A stretch of DNA of 64,000 nt from an uncultured Solirubrobacterales bacterium (lineage in GTDB: Bacteria > Actinomycetota > Thermoleophilia > Solirubrobacterales > Solirubrobacteraceae). Of the stretch, positions 1 to 7,842 are shown in pieces (positions within the stretch are counted from its first letter, which is position 1; every line of letters starts with the position of its first letter). The notes beneath the pieces were generated by a model, which was not told the DNA's origin, did not search any database, and saw only the letters and a list, made by a program, of their open reading frames with translations. Location of the stretch: contig CAWGZH010000002.1 in NCBI GenBank assembly GCA_963827045.1, forward strand, positions 612,520 through 676,519, in the 5' to 3' direction. The position numbers were made by a program, and so were the translations under genes.

Positions 1-263
1 GCGTCGATCTCGGCGAGCACGGTGAGCTGATCCGCTCTGGCGCGCAGCGCGACCTTGGGGTACTCAGCGGCCTGCCAGGCGGTGAAGTTTGGTGCCCAGC
101 GCGGGCTGTCGCGGAAACGATCGGCGCAAGCGACCGCGCCGGCTCCCCCGAGGGCCATCGCCTGAGCGAAGCTGAGGCGGCGGTCGCTGCGCACGATGTA
201 GTACATCGCCCACGGATCGTCGTCTCGGGCGCCAGCGGATGCCGAGTCATGAGTCGTCGGCAC
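1..263 (-). CDS. Peptidyl-tRNA hydrolase Pth2-like protein, 5' part (runs off window)
   Basis: Manual translation MPTTHD...AMYYIVRSDRRLSFAQAMALGGAGAV...AWQAAEYPKVALRARADQLTVL follows the Pth2 pattern (M-x-I-V-R-x-D...W...KV-x-L-R...L). GTG start just downstream of the 269 stop. Not in the ORF track. Confidence 0.55.
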   Translation of the reverse strand, partial: MPTTHDSASAGARDDDPWAMYYIVRSDRRLSFAQAMALGGAGAVACADRFRDSPRWAPNFTAWQAAEYPKVALRARADQLTVLAEID

Positions 264-268
264 TCGAT

Positions 269-940
269 TCATTCCCCGAAGCACAGGACAGTCTTTTGTC
301 CGGCCTGGTGTACGTGGATCTCGTCCATCGCCAGGTCGAGCGTCGCGCGTTCGAAGCGGCGGCGGGAGAATTCGATGAAGGCGCAGTCGTCCAGCCTCAG
401 ATTCAGTCGCCAGTCGCCGATGTCGTGTTCGCGTTCCTGCTCGATGAAGTCGATCTCTCCGACGGCGGTGATCGGGGATACCGGCGGCCACGTTGTCTTT
501 GGCGGGTCGGTCGAGATGAGCACATCGCGGCCGACGCTCCTCCCGAGCAGCGCGACTAGCTCGCCGAACGTCACGCGTTGCTGGCCGCGCGGCGGGGACA
601 GGGCGGGCGTCGCTGGCGCCCGCAGGCTGTCGGCGAACTCAAACAGCGCTTCGGCTCGCCTGATCGCGTCGAGCGCTCGAAGCCGGCGCTGTCGCGCGTT
701 CTGTCGAAGCAGCGCGAGGCGCCGCCGGTCAATCTCTTTTACCCCGGCCGGTGTCGGATACCACCGTGCCGGTGTCGCTCCGATAGGGCGCACGAGTCCG
801 GCCTGTCGCAGCCACCGCAGGCGCGACGCTATCACGTTAGGCCGACCGTGATCCGCTGCTAGCGCGCCTGGCCAGTTGACGACGGCGCTCAGGACGTTGA
901 CGCAGTGCTCGTTGGGGATCGATCTCGGCCGCTCGGTCAT
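269..940 (-). CDS. Hypothetical protein with N-terminal winged-helix-like segment
   Basis: ATGA overlap with the upstream stop at 937-940; SRLRWLRQAGLV...WYPTPAG resembles a wHTH recognition helix and wing. Confidence 0.55.
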   Translation of the reverse strand: MTERPRSIPNEHCVNVLSAVVNWPGALAADHGRPNVIASRLRWLRQAGLVRPIGATPARWYPTPAGVKEIDRRRLALLRQNARQRRLRALDAIRRAEALFEFADSLRAPATPALSPPRGQQRVTFGELVALLGRSVGRDVLISTDPPKTTWPPVSPITAVGEIDFIEQEREHDIGDWRLNLRLDDCAFIEFSRRRFERATLDLAMDEIHVHQAGQKTVLCFGE

Positions 941-1977
941 GGGGAAGTGGTCGGTGCAGCGTTGAGGATCGCGTCGGTACTCGCGGCAATCTCGTGGAAC
1001 AACGCTCCGTCGTTCGGCTTGCTGCCAAGGTGCCACGCGGCCACAGCGACGTGCAACCACGCGGCCCTCAGCGCCCTGACCATCTCGGGGGCGTTGATTG
1101 CCTCCGCGGAATCGAGCGGCCTCGCGCTGAGGAGGGCCTGTTCGATGAGTCGGTCCTGCTCGGCTGCTCGACGCGCGAGCGCCGCGGTGAGTTCCTGCAG
1201 CGTTCGGTAGCGGCGCGGGTCCTTCGGGCGCAGAAGCTCATCGAGTTCCTCCGGCTGAAGCAGGGTTCGCATTGGGGCCGGGTGCGCGAGCGCGAGCCGC
1301 AGATACTCCCGGCCAGCGGCCCTGACGTGATCCAACGGTGCTCCCGGCTCGGCCATGCCGAGTTCCGCCCACAGCGCCGGGAGCCGGATCGTGGCCATAG
1401 CGTCAGTGGCCCAGCGGAGGCCGCCCTTGCGACCGAACTGCTGGAAGAGCGTCTCCAGGGCGAGGTCGGCTCGCGTGACAATCTGGGGATTCGTAAAGTG
1501 CCCGTCGGGGCTCTCTCGCCGGAGATGTTCGTACGCCTCGATCAGTCGGCTGGCGGTGTCCCGGCGGCTACGCGCGTGCGGGCCGTCCTCCCGGTACTCG
1601 CGGCGGCGATGGCGCCGCTGCGCTGCCGGCGCAGCGAGGCCCCCACGAGCGGCAGGGGCTACGGCGGCGGGTCGAGGGGTTGAGCAGATCACGGACGGAG
1701 GTTCCAGGCAATCGCGGGCAGCGGCGAGGACCGTGCAGCCGACCTGATCCCAGTCCTCGGGCGTTGACGCTTCGATGACATCCATGAACGCGACTCGCAG
1801 CGCATGGCCCAGCTCGGCGGGCGGCTCGCCGTTGGCATCGAGCGCGTCAAAGATGTATTCGTGGACGAAGTCGGCGAGCGCGTCGTGGCGAACGGCTGTC
1901 TTGATGAAGTCTCGGACGACGCTGGTCGGGATCGGTGATCCCCAGGGGCTCGTGCGAATATCAATCGTGCTGGGCAT
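937..1977 (-). CDS. Unknown N-terminal domain fused to a TetR-like HTH and WHG-like C-terminal domain
   Basis: AGGAG RBS before ATG 1977; RLIEAYEHL...IVTRADLALETLFQQFGRKGGL is TetR-HTH-like; GREYLRLALAHPAPMRTLL is WHG-like. Confidence 0.55.
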   Translation of the reverse strand: MPSTIDIRTSPWGSPIPTSVVRDFIKTAVRHDALADFVHEYIFDALDANGEPPAELGHALRVAFMDVIEASTPEDWDQVGCTVLAAARDCLEPPSVICSTPRPAAVAPAARGGLAAPAAQRRHRRREYREDGPHARSRRDTASRLIEAYEHLRRESPDGHFTNPQIVTRADLALETLFQQFGRKGGLRWATDAMATIRLPALWAELGMAEPGAPLDHVRAAGREYLRLALAHPAPMRTLLQPEELDELLRPKDPRRYRTLQELTAALARRAAEQDRLIEQALLSARPLDSAEAINAPEMVRALRAAWLHVAVAAWHLGSKPNDGALFHEIAASTDAILNAAPTTSP

Positions 1978-2143
1978 GCTCGTCTCCTGGGCTCGCAAGC
2001 ATCGGTGCGCGGAACGCCATTTCAGGGAGCAGCCGCGCCTGCGCGAGCACGGCGCCGCAGGTGCGTGACACGAACCCGGCGAACAGCCACACGCCGAGTG
2101 CCATCAGCACGCCGCTCGCCGCAAGGCTCACCACGCTGCTCAC
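1961..2143 (-). CDS. Small membrane protein, probably a truncated paralog of 7111-7437
   Basis: Hydrophobic N-terminus aligns with 7111-7437 (SL.A..VL.AL..W...G...R..G..L); GTGA overlap with the upstream stop. Confidence 0.45.
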   Translation of the reverse strand: MSSVVSLAASGVLMALGVWLFAGFVSRTCGAVLAQARLLPEMAFRAPMLASPGDEHAQHD

Positions 2144-2604
2144 GACTCACCACCACCCGTCGCGAGGGTCAAGCCGAGGCGCCCGGCGAGGTCGACCATC
2201 TCCTCGTAGTCGAAGAACGCGCGGCCATTCGCGGCGATCGTGCCCACCCCGATCTGCCTCATGATCTCTTCCAGCGTCTCGCGACGCCGCTTCGCGTCGG
2301 CGACCTTCCCCGCATGCTTCGCTATGTGCCGCTCGGTGTGCTCGCCCCACTGCCAGCAGTGGCGGGATAGCACCTTGCACTCGCCCTGCTCCGCTGCCTG
2401 CGGGTGCTCTTCGTTGTAACGCCAGCCCAGCCCGTTCAGGCACATCGGGCGCCCGAAGTGGCTCTCGATCACGCGCACATGCAGCCAGCCGCCGCCCATG
2501 TTGGCGATTACCTCGACCTTTGCCACGGAGTTGCCCGTGATGGCGCCCTGGTGTTCTTCGCGGACGCTCAGGATCGTGCCCGGTGGTGCGTGAGCGGCAC
2601 GCAT
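2140..2604 (-). CDS. Hypothetical protein (phage/ICE-like operon)
   Basis: 154-aa ORF with high-GC codon usage, translationally coupled to the next gene. Confidence 0.55.
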   Translation of the reverse strand: MRAAHAPPGTILSVREEHQGAITGNSVAKVEVIANMGGGWLHVRVIESHFGRPMCLNGLGWRYNEEHPQAAEQGECKVLSRHCWQWGEHTERHIAKHAGKVADAKRRRETLEEIMRQIGVGTIAANGRAFFDYEEMVDLAGRLGLTLATGGGES

Positions 2605-2841
2605 CTACCGCCTCCCCTCGCCGAGTGCCGCGTCGAAGGTCATCCTGCGACCGGCGCCGGCTGAGCCGCGGCGCGACGATGCTTCCACAGCTCGCGGCGT
2701 GCGCGATCGCCTGACTGCGATTCGCGGGCTCGAACCCGCACCGCTCGCAGAAGGCTTCCTTCAGGCCGCGCCGCAACGCCTGCGCTGCCGTCAGTCTCCG
2801 TGGGACGCTCATATCGGTGAAAGCGACGGTGGGCATGGCGC

Positions 2842-3066
2842 TTACGCTCCGGCTGAGGCGGTGGCGTCGCGTAGCGCTTGCTGCTTGTCGGCGTATTCCT
2901 CGCCGTGGTTGAAGGTGTCCAGCAGCCAGAGGTACTCGCGCTCGGAGGTGATGGCGTCGCGCAGGACGTTGCCGGTCTCGACTTCCTTTATGCGCCACAG
3001 CTCGTCACCGTATTTTTCGCCGACAGCGATCTCGGCCTCTTGCTCCTCGCTTTGCTCGGTTGTCAT
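2842..3066 (-). CDS. Small acidic hypothetical protein, paralog of 7422-7673
   Basis: AAGGAG RBS; WRIKEVETGNVLRDAITSEREYLWLLDTFNH aligns with WRIKEIATGEIARDGIASDSDYQWLLDCMNH. Confidence 0.7.
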   Translation of the reverse strand: MTTEQSEEQEAEIAVGEKYGDELWRIKEVETGNVLRDAITSEREYLWLLDTFNHGEEYADKQQALRDATASAGA

Positions 3067-3101
3067 TTGCCTGCTCCTTGATTCGCGTTTGTGGGTTGGG
3101 T

Positions 3102-3138
3102 GAACACGTCTAGCTCGACTCGCCAGCACAGTCAAGTT
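3102..3138 (-). promoter_or_regulatory. Promoter/operator motif copy 1 (TTGACT-N17-TAGACG, with GTCGAGCTAGACGT)
   Basis: Motif recurs at 3306-3339 (+), 7714-7750 (-) and partially at 9050-9076 (-). Confidence 0.6.
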
Positions 3139-3305
3139 CGCGGCGCAGGGTTGCGCCGAGGCCGCCGCTGACGTGCTCGGCCGAGCTGCGCGTGAGGGCG
3201 CGTGAGCCGCCGGTAAGGCCCTCAGTCGCCTCGAATCTTTGTTCTGGCCGTGTCCCGCACGGGTGCTAGCCACCCGCGCGAGCAGTCCGAGATTGTGCTC
3301 GCGAA

Positions 3306-3339
3306 GGACTTGAACTTCCTCTGGAGTCGAGCTACACGT
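3306..3339 (+). promoter_or_regulatory. Promoter/operator motif copy 2 (TTGAAC-N17-TACACG)
   Basis: GGACTTGAAC-N11-GTCGAGCTACACGT upstream of 3386, divergent from copy 1. Confidence 0.6.
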
Positions 3340-3385
3340 CCACGTCCCTCGCCTCAACCGAGGCGACCGACAAAGGAGAATCACG

Positions 3386-3883
3386 ATGAGCAAGACCAAG
3401 ACACCGCCCGCCAAGCAGGCGATCCTCGAAGTACTGAAAGTCGAGCCGCAGGCGACCGTCGCGCAGATCGCGGTGAGCGCGGACGTCGGCCGCTCGACGG
3501 CGGGCAAGATGCTCTCCCAGCTAGAGAACGACGGCGAGGTGCGCCGCACCGAGGGCGGGCGAGACGGCAACCGCCGGCTACCCGACCGCTGGACCCTCGC
3601 CTCCGCGCAGCCCGCACCCGACGCCGCGCCCAAGAAGGACGCAGCGCCCGCCACGAGCGCTGCGCCCGCGTCCAACGGGGAGCGCCTGAAGCCCGGACAA
3701 CTGGAGGGGCTGATCCTCACCTACATGCAGGAGCACCTCGCCAAGCCCCTCGGGCCGGGCGACGTGGCCAAGGCCCTGCAACGCTCGTCAGGAGCCGTCG
3801 GGAACGGTCTCGCCCGCCTCACGCGCGCCAAGAAGGTCCGCCAAGTCAACGACAAGCCCCGCCGCTACCAAATCGCGGCCTGA
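3386..3883 (+). CDS. Double winged-helix DNA-binding protein
   Basis: AAAGGAG RBS; two HTH segments (ATVAQIAVSADVGRSTAGKMLSQL; LGPGDVAKALQRSSGAVGNGLARL) joined by an Ala/Pro linker. Confidence 0.75.
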   Translation: MSKTKTPPAKQAILEVLKVEPQATVAQIAVSADVGRSTAGKMLSQLENDGEVRRTEGGRDGNRRLPDRWTLASAQPAPDAAPKKDAAPATSAAPASNGERLKPGQLEGLILTYMQEHLAKPLGPGDVAKALQRSSGAVGNGLARLTRAKKVRQVNDKPRRYQIAA

Positions 3884-3976
3884 GCACCCAAACGCCGTGC
3901 GAGCCCCCGCGCCTCCCGTTCCCGCCAATAACAGGGGCGCAGGGCCGCACCGCGCTACACACACGAGAAGCGAACC

Positions 3977-4010
3977 CTCCTCGCCCCCGGCTCAAAAGGG
4001 GGGCGAGGAG
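3977..4010 (+). terminator. Stem-loop downstream of the wHTH gene
   Basis: CTCCTCGCCCCC...GGGGGCGAGGAG inverted repeat, no U-tract. Confidence 0.45.
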
Positions 4011-4080
4011 TCAACATTCACGATGCCCCATCTGGAGAATGACGACCTGATGCTTGCGGGCACCGCTAAAATCCCAGGGC

Positions 4081-4333
4081 ATGAGCGCATCCGCTACCAC
4101 TACCGTTGAGGTCGAACTCCACGCTGCTGGGGCGTCTGCACGAGCGTAGCCCCGAGAAGAGCGACCGCGAGCTGCTCGAGAGCGTCGCCCGTGTCCAGCT
4201 CGGGCTAGAGGCAAGCGATCGAGCGAGGGATCGCTTCGCGGGCGTCCCCTCGCAGGAGATACAGGACGAGGCCGTGAGCGCCGTGCGTGAAGTACGCCAC
4301 GAGCGGTCAGCCGGGCGACGGCCCGCGCATTGA
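4081..4333 (+). pseudogene. Putative antitoxin, apparently frameshifted near 4115
   Basis: ATG 4081 reads MSASATTTVEVEL; the antitoxin-like LLGRLHERSPEKSDRELLE continues in another frame and overlaps the PIN gene start (TTGA). Confidence 0.4.
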
Positions 4334-4761
4334 GACGCTTCGTAGTCAACGCCAGCACCCTGGTGTCTGGATGCGTCAACCCGCACGGTGAGAGTCCCCC
4401 GTGCTTGATCTACCGCAACCTGTCGGGGTCGCGGTTTGAGTCGATCGTCTGCCCCGAGCTACTCGGCGAGGTCGCCGATGCCCTGCACAAGCCCTACTTC
4501 CTACAGCGCATCGACGACGCGGACATCAACGACATCATCGCCGGCATAGCCGAGGCCAGCACCATCCTGGACGATCCCACCGAGGTGCTACGCGACCCAA
4601 ATGACGACTACCTCGTGACGCTCGCGCGCACCGCCCAAGCCGAGGCGATCATCACCGGCGACCGCGACCTACTCGACCACCACGGGCTGCGGCCACCAGC
4701 GATCGACGCGCGCACCGCCTGCGAGCTGATCGGGCTGACCGCACCCGATCGGCAAGCATGA
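4330..4761 (+). CDS. PIN-domain toxin (PIN_3/VapC-like) with degenerate first acidic site
   Basis: RDPNDDYLV and IITGDRDLL motifs present; VVNAST replaces the usual VLDTN. Confidence 0.75.
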   Translation: MRRFVVNASTLVSGCVNPHGESPPCLIYRNLSGSRFESIVCPELLGEVADALHKPYFLQRIDDADINDIIAGIAEASTILDDPTEVLRDPNDDYLVTLARTAQAEAIITGDRDLLDHHGLRPPAIDARTACELIGLTAPDRQA

Positions 4762-4962
4762 CCGCTCTCAGGCGCGCGGTGCCTCTACCGTCGTTACCCG
4801 CACCTGCCCAGCGCCGCCGCAGCAACGCCGCCCAACAGCCCCAACCACACCACGCGGGATGGCCCTCACTACGCCTGCGCCCTGCGGGCTCCGGCTCCGT
4901 GAGGGCCATCCACACCCACACAACAAGAGGCATTCAGGACGAGGGGAATAACCCAGCTCCGC

Positions 4963-5039
4963 CAGTTGAGCGGCTACGCGAGGCGAAAAAGGTGAAGCGG
5001 GTCACGGACAAGCCCCGCCGCTACAGCCTGCCCGCGTGA
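4963..5039 (+). pseudogene. 3' remnant of a paralog of the 3386-3883 wHTH gene
   Basis: VERLREAKKVKRVTDKPRRYSLPA* versus LARLTRAKKVRQVNDKPRRYQIAA*; shared GACAAGCCCCGCCGCTAC. Confidence 0.65.
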
Positions 5040-5141
5040 CAGCGCCCCGAACCGTGCAAACGCCTCCTCGCTCTCACGACTTGCTGTGGCCGAGCGAGGA
5101 GGCGTGCCGGGCAGCGACCTGCTCGTCCGTCACGCGCGTGC

Positions 5142-5807
5142 TCATTGCCCGGTCGATGCCCGATCTTCAATGCTGGTCCCAGCCGGGGTTTGCGCCGACG
5201 GGGCGCCGCTGGCCAACAGGACGAGTGCCACACTCAACGCCGCGTTCATGCCCGCCGCTTCATCCTTCTCGGATAGCCGCCACCGCCCGTCCAGGTTCAT
5301 AGGTATTCCGGCACGCGCGATCAATGCCGCGGCGACGATCGAGTTGACAGTAACGGTCACCGACTCCTCGCTTGGGGGCTGAGACGCACACCGCGCGAAG
5401 CTCGCGAGCACGCTTCCGTGGCCGGGCACAGTCGCCGAGTCCTCGCTCAGCGCCTTCAACGCGCCGCGCGCAAAACCATTTGCGAGCACGTTCTCGCGGC
5501 GAGGCACCAGTTCAAGTTTCCATCCGGGGCGCTCTCCTAGTAAGCGGGAGACACGTTCGCGAAGGGGTTGGAGTGGCCGGCTGCGGCCCCGATCGGGCCT
5601 GGCTGTCCCCTCACAGTCGGTCCTGAAGACGACACTCCTCAGACGCGCCGTGTCTGCGACCTCCATCGCCAACAGCACCGCCAACAGCTCGGCCTCGCTG
5701 CTGCTCGCGCACGGCACAAGCTGCCGATGGCGGCCGAGCCCGTTGGTGTCATATGCAATGCCCGCCCAGCCGTCCCGATAGGACGCGTCGGTGTTGAAGT
5801 AGATCAT
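5142..5807 (-). CDS. RNase H1-like protein with C-terminal extension
   Basis: NTDASY, SSSEAELLAV, FRTDC and VPRRENVLANGFA motifs of the RNase HI fold. Confidence 0.75.
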   Translation of the reverse strand: MIYFNTDASYRDGWAGIAYDTNGLGRHRQLVPCASSSEAELLAVLLAMEVADTARLRSVVFRTDCEGTARPDRGRSRPLQPLRERVSRLLGERPGWKLELVPRRENVLANGFARGALKALSEDSATVPGHGSVLASFARCASQPPSEESVTVTVNSIVAAALIARAGIPMNLDGRWRLSEKDEAAGMNAALSVALVLLASGAPSAQTPAGTSIEDRASTGQ

Positions 5808-5819
5808 CGACGCCGGCCC

Positions 5820-6209
5820 CTACAGTCCCATCCGCGGATCGATGCGGGCGGCCTCGGCGTAGCGGCCCTGCATGAGCAGTCGGCGTGCTCGCCGACACCG
5901 CGCCATGCGGTTTTCCACGGCCTCGAAGTCGCTGCGATTCGTGGGTCGCCCCAGCCAACTCTCCAGCGCCGCAACGCCGCGCGGCTGAGGGTGCAGCTCG
6001 CCATAGATCGCGTCGTAGTAGCCAACCTCGACACAGCCCTCCGGAATCGCGACGCGGCGTCCCTCTCGCAGCGCTTGGGCGCACAACTCGCCGAACTGCG
6101 CCCCGCCTGACGACACCAAGCCGTACCCGGTGCGGTCAACTTCGAGTAGCGCCGCACCGCGCGGGATCGCGTCAGTCGGCTCTGCTGGCACCAGCACGCG
6201 ATAGCGCAT
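5820..6209 (-). CDS. Hypothetical protein
   Basis: Co-oriented 129-aa ORF ending 12 nt before the RNase H-like start. Confidence 0.5.
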   Translation of the reverse strand: MRYRVLVPAEPTDAIPRGAALLEVDRTGYGLVSSGGAQFGELCAQALREGRRVAIPEGCVEVGYYDAIYGELHPQPRGVAALESWLGRPTNRSDFEAVENRMARCRRARRLLMQGRYAEAARIDPRMGL

Positions 6210-6267
6210 CGCTAGTGCCCGCCTCCGGTCGTGAGGATCGCGGCCGGAATGTGTAGCGCCCGAAGCA

Positions 6268-6792
6268 TCAACTCTGTCCTCGGCCACGCTGGACGGTCAT
6301 GGCGGGCTGGCGCTCGGCGATAGCTGGCAGAAGCACCGCCTGTGGGCGGGCGTATCCCCTCCGGCAGCCCGCCTCCCACGGGAACCTGGACTCGGGGTCG
6401 CAGATAATGATCTGCTTCGCGCTCACTGGCCTGCCGTCGTGATGTTCCTTGCGCCACCAGCGAGCGGCGGCCAGTCGAGCCCCGACAACGTCGTGCGGCA
6501 ACTCTGCGATCCACAGAGGCAGCCCATCCTCTCCGGCGAGGCGCACTCGTCCGTCGAGCGCCGGGCTCGATCGCAACTGCGCCACCACGGCCTTGACGAT
6601 CGCGAGCCCGAAGTGTGGCGAGGTCCCGCAGACAACTAGCTCTGGATGCCCGATGTAAGCGGGCAGGCCCAGCGTATAGGCGTAGGGTTCCGCGCTGATG
6701 ATCTGCTGGAACGCGTAACCGTGCTCCGCGATCCGGGTCAGCATCAACTGGCGGCTACGCTCGGTCCAATCATCGCTCACGGGTGACTCCAT
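6268..6792 (-). CDS. DUF4262-family protein
   Basis: IAEHGYAFQQI...PYAYTLGL...HPELVVCG...QIIICDPESRFPWE pattern. Confidence 0.7.
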   Translation of the reverse strand: MESPVSDDWTERSRQLMLTRIAEHGYAFQQIISAEPYAYTLGLPAYIGHPELVVCGTSPHFGLAIVKAVVAQLRSSPALDGRVRLAGEDGLPLWIAELPHDVVGARLAAARWWRKEHHDGRPVSAKQIIICDPESRFPWEAGCRRGYARPQAVLLPAIAERQPAMTVQRGRGQS

Positions 6793-6960
6793 CGCGAGAC
6801 GGCGATTCCGACTGCCGGCTCGTGTGTCGGCGAGGTCGTGCCGCAGGGCGATGGGAGGCTCCGTAAGTCACGGAACGGGGGTACGCTCCCATCGCCCTGC
6901 GGCACGATCTTGCTGGCCTCGCGGCGGCCTCTAGCCTCACACTGCACCGAGCGGGCTTGG

Positions 6961-7023
6961 CTTGTAGGGCGGCGGTCAGCCCGGTTCGGCTACGGGAGCA
7001 GGCTTTGCCGACCGCCCTACAAG
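6961..7023. repeat. GTAG-type REP-like palindrome
   Basis: CTTGTAGGGCGG (6961-6972) and CCGCCCTACAAG (7012-7023) form a perfect 12-bp inverted repeat in an intergenic gap. Confidence 0.55.
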
Positions 7024-7110
7024 ATCTGTGAGCCACGGCGCTCACCAGTCCGTCAGCGCGACGGCGGTCGTCGTCATCGACGCTCTCCGGCTTGAAGCTC
7101 ACGCTGGTGC

Positions 7111-7437
7111 TCACCGTCGCACTCCGGGCGGGATGTTCGGCACGCCCCATCCCCGCGTGGGATCGAGCTGCGCCGGCAGCACGGTCAGGAATATGCGCCT
7201 AGCGAGCGGCGAGCGGTAGTAGTGATGGCGCAGCGCCCAAAGCCAGTGTCCCGCGAGCCACAGCACCGCGCCGATGAGCGCGGCGAGAGCCATACGAGCC
7301 GAGCCGGTGGACGCGGTGAGGACTAGCCCGCCGATCCCGAGCAGCCCGCCTCCCAGGCGCAGCAGCGCGCCCCCGAGGCGCCAGGCGATGAGCGCCGCGA
7401 GGACCGCGCATGCTGAGAGGCTCAGGATGCCGGCCAC
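7111..7437 (-). CDS. Small membrane protein
   Basis: About 3 hydrophobic helices followed by HHYYRSPLARR. Confidence 0.65.
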   Translation of the reverse strand: MAGILSLSACAVLAALIAWRLGGALLRLGGGLLGIGGLVLTASTGSARMALAALIGAVLWLAGHWLWALRHHYYRSPLARRIFLTVLPAQLDPTRGWGVPNIPPGVRR

Positions 7438-7673
7438 GGCCTCGCTCCGGCGGCTTCGTCGCGCCTGGCCTCTTGGAGGTCGGCGTAGTCACAGTCGTGA
7501 TTCATGCAATCGAGCAACCACTGATAGTCGCTGTCAGAGGCGATGCCATCGCGGGCTATCTCGCCGGTCGCGATCTCCTTGATTCGCCAGACCTCGTTGC
7601 CGGCGTCGTCGCGGTAAAGCTCCCCCGCATATCGGTCTGCGATCTTGTTGGTATCGGTGGCGGTGGCGGTCAT
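7422..7673 (-). CDS. Small acidic hypothetical protein, paralog of 2842-3066
   Basis: AGGAG upstream of ATG 7673; alignment to 2842-3066. Confidence 0.7.
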   Translation of the reverse strand: MTATATDTNKIADRYAGELYRDDAGNEVWRIKEIATGEIARDGIASDSDYQWLLDCMNHDCDYADLQEARRDEAAGARPWPAS

Positions 7674-7713
7674 TCGGGGGACTCCTGGGATTGCGGGCTT
7701 ACTGGTTGCTGAA

Positions 7714-7750
7714 CACACGTCTAGCTCGACCGGCGGGAAAGGTCAAGTCC
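7714..7750 (-). promoter_or_regulatory. Promoter/operator motif copy 3 (TTGACC-N17-TAGACG)
   Basis: GGACTTGACC-N11-GTCGAGCTAGACGT upstream of 7673. Confidence 0.6.
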
Positions 7751-7842
7751 TTCGGCAAGGCGGTCGAGCGCGGGGGTTATACAGAGTGTTCTGTGGTTTA
7801 CTCGATCGGACTAAACTCTGTATAGGTCGGTATACTTCGGCG

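Noticed and set aside
2605-2836. Short CxxC...HxxxC ORF (MPTVAFTD...)
   Set aside because: Has no stop before the next gene and alternative frames look equally plausible; probably degraded, cannot be called.
7645-7842. 66-aa N-terminal extension of the AAA ATPase
   Set aside because: Overlaps the divergent gene and promoter motif; family-like sequence begins at DPIGNPY.
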